DNA of 64,000 bases from an uncultured Chloroflexia bacterium. GTDB lineage: Bacteria > Chloroflexota > UBA6077 > JACCZL01. Position numbers and translations under genes: made by a program. This document shows positions 63,281 to 64,000 of this stretch, piece by piece (the first letter of the stretch is position 1; each line of letters opens with the position of its first letter). The stretch is taken from positions 160,001 through 224,000 of the forward strand of contig CAVXYC010000001.1 in assembly GCA_963765765.1 (NCBI GenBank), given 5' to 3'. Under the pieces are notes generated by a model. It had not been told where the DNA came from. It made no database searches and saw only the letters and a program-made list of their open reading frames with translations.

Positions 63281-63845
63281 GTGACCGAGAATCGACGCAA
63301 GCCGCGCCAGCACAAGGGCCTGGTCATCGTCAATACCGGCAACGGCAAGGGCAAGACCACCGCGTCCATGGGGCTGGCGATCCGCGCCGCCGGAAATGGC
63401 ATGAAGGTTCTCATCGTCCAGTTCATCAAAGGTCGCTGGAAAAGCGGTGAGCGCGAGGCGCTGAAGCACATTCCCGGCATCGACGTGTATGTGATGGGCC
63501 TAGGATTCACGATCGACCGATTGCGGGACGAGCGAACCACAGACGAAGAGCATCAAGCAGCGGCGTCCGAAGCCTTCACTTTTGCGCGCGAGCGAATGCT
63601 CTCTGGAGACTACGCGATGATCGTCCTGGACGAGATCCTTGGATCGATCAAAGCGGGTCTCATAACCCTTGACCAGGTGCTCGAGCTCATCCAGGAGCAA
63701 GCCGCCGGCATCCCATCTCGTCCTGACCGGGCGCAACGCGCCGGATGCGCTGATTGATGCGGCCGATCTGGTTACGGAGATGCGTGAGGTCAAGCATCCC
63801 TACAAGCTTCAGGGAATTACGGCCCAGCGCGGGATCGAGTTCTAA
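63281..63845 (+). CDS. cobO: Cob(I)yrinic acid a,c-diamide adenosyltransferase (frameshift near 63700)
   Basis: [21 protein letters not shown]; continuation [26 protein letters not shown]. Confidence 0.93.
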
Positions 63846-63868
63846 TGGCCTTGAAGCGATAACCGCGC

Positions 63869-64000
63869 ATGATTCTCATCCTCACCACCGCCGATACGGA
63901 GATCCTGGCATTGAGCCAGGCAGTAGGGGCGCTTCCGAATGGTTTCCCGCCGGTGCGTGCCGCGAATCCGGCCTCGCTCGACGCCGACGACGTTCAGCGA
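63869..64000 (+). CDS. cobN: Cobaltochelatase subunit CobN, N-terminus (3'-partial)
   Basis: MILILTTADTEILAL...RAANP resembles actinobacterial-type CobN starts; follows cobO. Confidence 0.65.
   Translation, partial: MILILTTADTEILALSQAVGALPNGFPPVRAANPASLDADDVQR

Noticed and set aside
1-64000. Widespread frameshifts (wecB, cobM, pstB, pstC, pstS, cobO, LLM, SBPs) as mass pseudogenisation or programmed frameshifting
   Set aside because: They are single-base indels scattered through otherwise intact genes with no common slippery motif; sequencing/assembly error is most parsimonious.

Overview
GC-rich bacterial chromosomal window. It is most consistent with a Chloroflexota-like genome, an inference from the Ala/Pro-linker lipoprotein SBPs and overall gene repertoire. 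Many single-base frameshifts in otherwise intact genes look like read/assembly indels. Layout: surface-polysaccharide cluster (heparinase II/III, GT4, epimerase, WecA-like, wecC, wecB, CapD-like, GT39s, GT2s; 1-18 kb) interrupted by a decayed RAYT transposase plus REP dyad; an accessory island (about 19.4-33.7 kb) with IS1182, a tyrosine integrase with stacked integrase N-terminal relics and three orphan ABC_sub_bind lipoprotein genes; a cobalamin operon (cobF-K-L-I-M-cbiG-cobJ); IS256 and NLR/HEAT relics; a pst/phoU operon led by an atypical ssb; MetE-like and LLM genes; a B12 riboswitch with cobO and the start of cobN. The most striking unexplained structure is a family of symmetric dif-like sites (11-bp arm GTTCCGATAA, 6-bp spacer, TTATCGGAAC) with conserved flanking accessory sequences. 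They bracket each orphan SBP gene, suggesting a Xer/tyrosine-recombinase gene-cassette system. Several distinct palindromic repeat families are also present, one of which supplies the cobM stop and cbiG start.
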